Below are positions 49,143 through 52,617 of a stretch of DNA of 52,617 bases, piece by piece. The first letter of the stretch is position 1. The number at the start of each line of letters is the position of its first letter. The notes below the pieces were generated by a model that saw only the letters and a program-made list of their open reading frames with translations, was not told where the DNA came from and did no database searches. The position numbers and the translations under genes are program-made. The stretch comes from Desulfobacterales bacterium. Its GTDB lineage: Bacteria; Desulfobacterota; Desulfobacteria; Desulfobacterales; C00003060. The stretch is from positions 1 through 52,617 of the forward strand of contig JABXJX010000004.1 of assembly GCA_013375375.1 (NCBI GenBank), written 5' to 3'.

Positions 49143-49711
49143 TTTAGGCTCAGGTAGGATCGAAAACGTTCAATGTTCTTCGGCCCTATGCCTTTTACGC
49201 GCTGCAATTCATTGTACATCCTGAAAGGCCCGTTCAATTCCCTGAATTCAACAATCCGTTGTGCCAGGCCATGACTTATTCCGGGGATTATGGCAAGGTC
49301 CTCAACATTGGCTTTATTTAACTCGATAGGAATACCCAGGACCAGCCTTTTGCCTGTACTGATGGAAGTGATGCTTAGTGTGGTACTTTTAAGCTCTAAA
49401 CGCGTGCCTGTATCAAGGGTATTGTCCGGCATGTGAAATAAGAGACGATGTTCATCGATCGGGCCGCCGGCTTTTTGGATGGCCTGGTATGGAGTGGGGG
49501 GGTTGTCGAATAAGTAAATACCGGCGTTCTTTACATCTCCTTCGACCTCAATAACATATTGATAATCAGGGCCGGTTGTTGGGTTGTTGCCGGAAGATTT
49601 GAGGGTCGGCAAAAACGGATGAAACGGCCTGGATAGTCCGATAAAGAAAATAGCGAGCCCAAGTATGAGTGCAACGACTGTCTGGTCTTTACTAAAGAGT
49701 TTCAATATCAC
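49139..49711 (-). CDS. comEA: ComEA-like helix-hairpin-helix DNA-binding protein
   Basis: N-terminal TM, SLBB (V.GDV..AG.Y), LN.A..EDL..IPGI...A.RIV..R...G.F....L.RVKGIG. Confidence 0.85.
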   Translation of the reverse strand: MILKLFSKDQTVVALILGLAIFFIGLSRPFHPFLPTLKSSGNNPTTGPDYQYVIEVEGDVKNAGIYLFDNPPTPYQAIQKAGGPIDEHRLLFHMPDNTLDTGTRLELKSTTLSITSISTGKRLVLGIPIELNKANVEDLAIIPGISHGLAQRIVEFRELNGPFRMYNELQRVKGIGPKNIERFRSYLSLN

Positions 49712-50932
49712 TTATGTAGAATCTAATCCAAACACTTTGTGAAGAATCCTGACCGCTAATTCCGTGTATTTTTCTTCAATAACACATGAAATCTTTATTT
49801 CCGAGGTGCTGATCATCATAATATTGATATTTTCTTTTGCAAGGGCAGTAAACATCCTGGCCGCCACACCCGAATGGCTTCGCATACCAACGCCGATAAC
49901 CGATACTTTGGCAATGTGTTCGTCTCCAAGCACCTGTTCGGCGCCAACCGATTTAGCCAAATCTGTCTGCATGGCCATGGCCCTTGGATAGTCGCTCTTT
50001 GCTACGGTAAACGTGAGGTCGGTCAATCCTCCCTTGCGCGTATTTTGTATAATCATGTCCACGACGATTCCGGCCTCTGCAATGGTTGTGAAGATTTTCG
50101 AGGCAATACCCGGCCTGTCCGGAACCTTGCTCAAGGTGATACGTGCCTCGTCTTTGCTGTATGCAACACCCGATACCACGAGCCGTTCCATATCCTCTTC
50201 TTTTTCTTCCACAACCATGGTTCCTTCCTCCTCTTTAAAAGACGACCTGACGTGAATGGGCACATTAAACTTCTTGGCAAATTCTACGGCACGAATTTGT
50301 AATACCTTGGCACCCAGGCTGGCCATCTCCAACATTTCGTCGTAGTATATCTTGTCAAGCTTCCTCGCCTTTTTGCAAAGATTGGGGTCCGTGGTGTAGA
50401 CCCCGTCCACATCCGTGTAAATCTCGCACACATCGGCCTTTAGCGCTGCCGCCAGGGCTACGGCGGATGTGTCGGAGCCACCCCTGCCGAGGGTGGTAAT
50501 ATTCCCTTTCTGGTCACGGCCCTGGAAACCCGCGACAGCCACGATCTTTCCCTGGCCGAGCAGTTCCCTGACGCGGTCGGCCCGTATTTCTGCGATGCGG
50601 GCCCGCCCAAATGCCCTGTTGGTTACGATTTCAGCCTGATAACCCAACAGCGATCTGGCTGGATAGCCCATCGATTCCAGCATGATGGACAACAGCGACA
50701 CCGTGGTTTGTTCGCCCGTGGCCAGCAAGACGTCAAGCTCTCGCGTATTAGGATCATCGGCTATCTCATGTGCCAATTGGATGAGACGGTTTGTTTCGCC
50801 GGCCATGGCTGAAAGTACTACCACCACGTTGTTTCCGGCGCCGTGAACCTTGATGATCCGTTCGGCAACCTTTCGGATCTGGTCCAGGTTTGCGACCGAG
50901 GTGCCGCCATATTTTTGAACGATCAGTGCCAT
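49712..50932 (-). CDS. lysC: Aspartate kinase
   Basis: [27 protein letters not shown], two ACT domains. Confidence 0.97.
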   Translation of the reverse strand: MALIVQKYGGTSVANLDQIRKVAERIIKVHGAGNNVVVVLSAMAGETNRLIQLAHEIADDPNTRELDVLLATGEQTTVSLLSIMLESMGYPARSLLGYQAEIVTNRAFGRARIAEIRADRVRELLGQGKIVAVAGFQGRDQKGNITTLGRGGSDTSAVALAAALKADVCEIYTDVDGVYTTDPNLCKKARKLDKIYYDEMLEMASLGAKVLQIRAVEFAKKFNVPIHVRSSFKEEEGTMVVEEKEEDMERLVVSGVAYSKDEARITLSKVPDRPGIASKIFTTIAEAGIVVDMIIQNTRKGGLTDLTFTVAKSDYPRAMAMQTDLAKSVGAEQVLGDEHIAKVSVIGVGMRSHSGVAARMFTALAKENINIMMISTSEIKISCVIEEKYTELAVRILHKVFGLDST

Positions 50933-50938
50933 TAGTCT

Positions 50939-51415
50939 TTACTCAAACATACATTTCTCTATCAGATCCACGGCATTTTGTCCACATCCTGTGAGGTGGA
51001 GGTCTCTGGTATGGTTATCAACAATGGAAATCAAGATAAAGAGCCGTTCATCCGGGAGCATTTCCATCATCTTTTCGGCCCACTCAATAACCATAACATC
51101 ATGACGTCCCATAATCTCGTCCAGCCCGATTTCATCCAGTTCGACCGGGTTTTCTATGCGATACAGGTCCGCATGAAAGAGACGAAACCGTCCGGGATAT
51201 TCATTTATCAGGGTATAACTCGGGCTCGTTACATAAAGGTCCTTTGGCACCTGCAGGCCCCTGGCAATCCCCTGGGTAAGACAGGTTTTGCCGCTCCCCA
51301 GTTCGCCGCTCAGGGCAATTATTGATCCATCGGTCAAATACTTGCCGAGAAACTCTCCCAAGCGAGCCGTTTCTTCAGGAGAATGTGATATGAGGTGATG
51401 TTCCTTGGTCTTCAA
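50939..51415 (-). CDS. tsaE: tRNA t6A biosynthesis ATPase
   Basis: GELGSGKT, VTSPSYTL, HADLYR, IEWAE. Confidence 0.95.
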   Translation of the reverse strand: MKTKEHHLISHSPEETARLGEFLGKYLTDGSIIALSGELGSGKTCLTQGIARGLQVPKDLYVTSPSYTLINEYPGRFRLFHADLYRIENPVELDEIGLDEIMGRHDVMVIEWAEKMMEMLPDERLFILISIVDNHTRDLHLTGCGQNAVDLIEKCMFE

Positions 51416-52617
51416 AGGGTTCTGATAAATGCGTTAGGAAGGGAAGGGCGACCGGAAACCGGCTTGTCCAATCCCCTGATTTGTTCGGGAAGAATCTCAA
51501 TGACATCCGAGGCGAGAAATCCCACCGGACCCATGCTTTGTGCAAGGGAATCGGCCGCACAGCCATGTAAATAGACCCCCGCATTCACGGCTTTACCAAC
51601 AGGCATACCCTGGACGACAAGACCTGCAATCATTCCCGTGAGCACATCTCCCATGCCGCCTGAAGCCATGCCCGGATTTCCCGAGGGGTTAATAAAGACA
51701 TCCCCGTCAGGATAGGCAACAATCGTTTTTGCTCCTTTTAAAACTAAGTAGACCTTGTGGGTTGTTGCGAAATCGCGGGCCTCACTGATCCTGTCTTCCT
51801 GGACCTGCGAGGGCGTTTTTCCAGTAAGTCTTGCCATCTCGCCCGGATGAGGCGTCATCACTACAGGCACTTTCAGGCCTTTCAAACACTTTAAGCCCCC
51901 AACAAGACTGTTGAGGCCGTCCGCGTCAATAACTACTGGTACGGGAGATGTTTGGATGAGTTTTCTGACCAGATTGTGTGTTGACTTGACAGTGCCGAGC
52001 CCAGGGCCGATTGCCAGCCCTTTCTTCCCCTCCAACAGACTCATAACCCTGTCGTAAGCGGACAATCCAAGGGTTTGGTCGGCATTTTCGGGCAACGGTA
52101 CGGTCATCACCTCGGTTAGCTGCGATTCCATGGCCGGGTTGAGGCTCTTCGGGACCCCAAGGGTTGATAGTCCTGCACCCACGCGCATGGCCGCGCGGCT
52201 TGTCATGATTGCCGCACCGGTCTTGCCGGGTGATCCGCCTATGACCAAAAGATGTCCGGTAGTACCCTTATGACTTTGCAGCGCCCTTGGCATAAAACAG
52301 GCCTTTATCATTTCTCGAGTCAGGAGATAATGTTTCGGGCCCACTTCATCGACAACAGCAGGCGGGATTCCTATATCGACAATCTCTAATGTGCCGACAA
52401 ATTCCGTTCCAGGCAACATAACATGACCGATCTTGGGTAACCCGAATGTTACGGTCACGGTTGCCCTGATGCAGCAACCGCGTGGTTTGCCGGTATCCGA
52501 GTCAAGGCCGGACGGGATATCTACAGCAATGATCGGTTTTTTAAGCGTATTTAAGAACTCTATCATCTCTTTGAAGAGTCCCCGGACATCGGATTTAAGG
52601 CCTGTGCCGAGCATGGC
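51412..52617 (-). CDS. nnr: Bifunctional NAD(P)HX epimerase/dehydratase (5' end outside window)
   Basis: AVDIPSG, HKG..G, IGPGLG, IDADGL, TPHPGEM, LKG, GGMGDVL.G. Confidence 0.93.
   Translation of the reverse strand, partial: AMLGTGLKSDVRGLFKEMIEFLNTLKKPIIAVDIPSGLDSDTGKPRGCCIRATVTVTFGLPKIGHVMLPGTEFVGTLEIVDIGIPPAVVDEVGPKHYLLTREMIKACFMPRALQSHKGTTGHLLVIGGSPGKTGAAIMTSRAAMRVGAGLSTLGVPKSLNPAMESQLTEVMTVPLPENADQTLGLSAYDRVMSLLEGKKGLAIGPGLGTVKSTHNLVRKLIQTSPVPVVIDADGLNSLVGGLKCLKGLKVPVVMTPHPGEMARLTGKTPSQVQEDRISEARDFATTHKVYLVLKGAKTIVAYPDGDVFINPSGNPGMASGGMGDVLTGMIAGLVVQGMPVGKAVNAGVYLHGCAADSLAQSMGPVGFLASDVIEILPEQIRGLDKPVSGRPSLPNAFIRTL

Noticed and set aside
1-52617. Complete integron or intact transposase/integrase
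   Set aside because: No tyrosine or serine recombinase, DDE or intact HUH ORF was recognised; only one decayed attC-like site and one RAYT-like tail.
1-52617. tRNA, rRNA or retron/reverse transcriptase genes
   Set aside because: No cloverleaf, rRNA-like stretch or RT motif was recognised by eye; tRNAscan-SE/Infernal would be needed to exclude them.

Overview
This is a 52.6-kb bacterial chromosomal segment. Its gene content and repeat families suggest a Desulfobacterota/deltaproteobacterium-like host (inference). About 1.2-31 kb is a dense anti-phage/accessory island. It contains an MNT-HEPN pair with a deleted toxin, a TcmP + SplB-like radical SAM pair, a GIY-YIG-RAMA nuclease, a type I R-M system with an HsdM-TRD fusion, small GIY-YIG and Hjc-like nucleases, two ApeA-like HEPN genes, an RloC-like SMC ATPase and an ABC-ATPase/TOPRIM fusion. 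It also holds an unusual CBASS locus: CD-NTase, patatin effector, an unannotated 57-aa acidic peptide, and separate E2, E1 and JAB-E2-like genes. The remainder carries a GT4/GH130 cluster, a stand-alone GMP-synthase ATPase subunit, Fic with a convergent antitoxin-like ORF, a truncated Mut7-C, signalling genes and core genes (comEA, lysC, tsaE, nnr). Two things stand out. First, the CBASS variant has a ubiquitin-like cascade that may act on a free peptide rather than on the cyclase tail. Second, most accessory modules are bracketed by REP-like GGGGTCA hairpins and GGGAC/GTCCC ends, with mosaic linker repeats and a five-copy basic micro-ORF. Several genes are cut exactly at these hairpins, and a RAYT-like transposase remnant lies in the middle. 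All calls come from motif reading only; no database searches were run.
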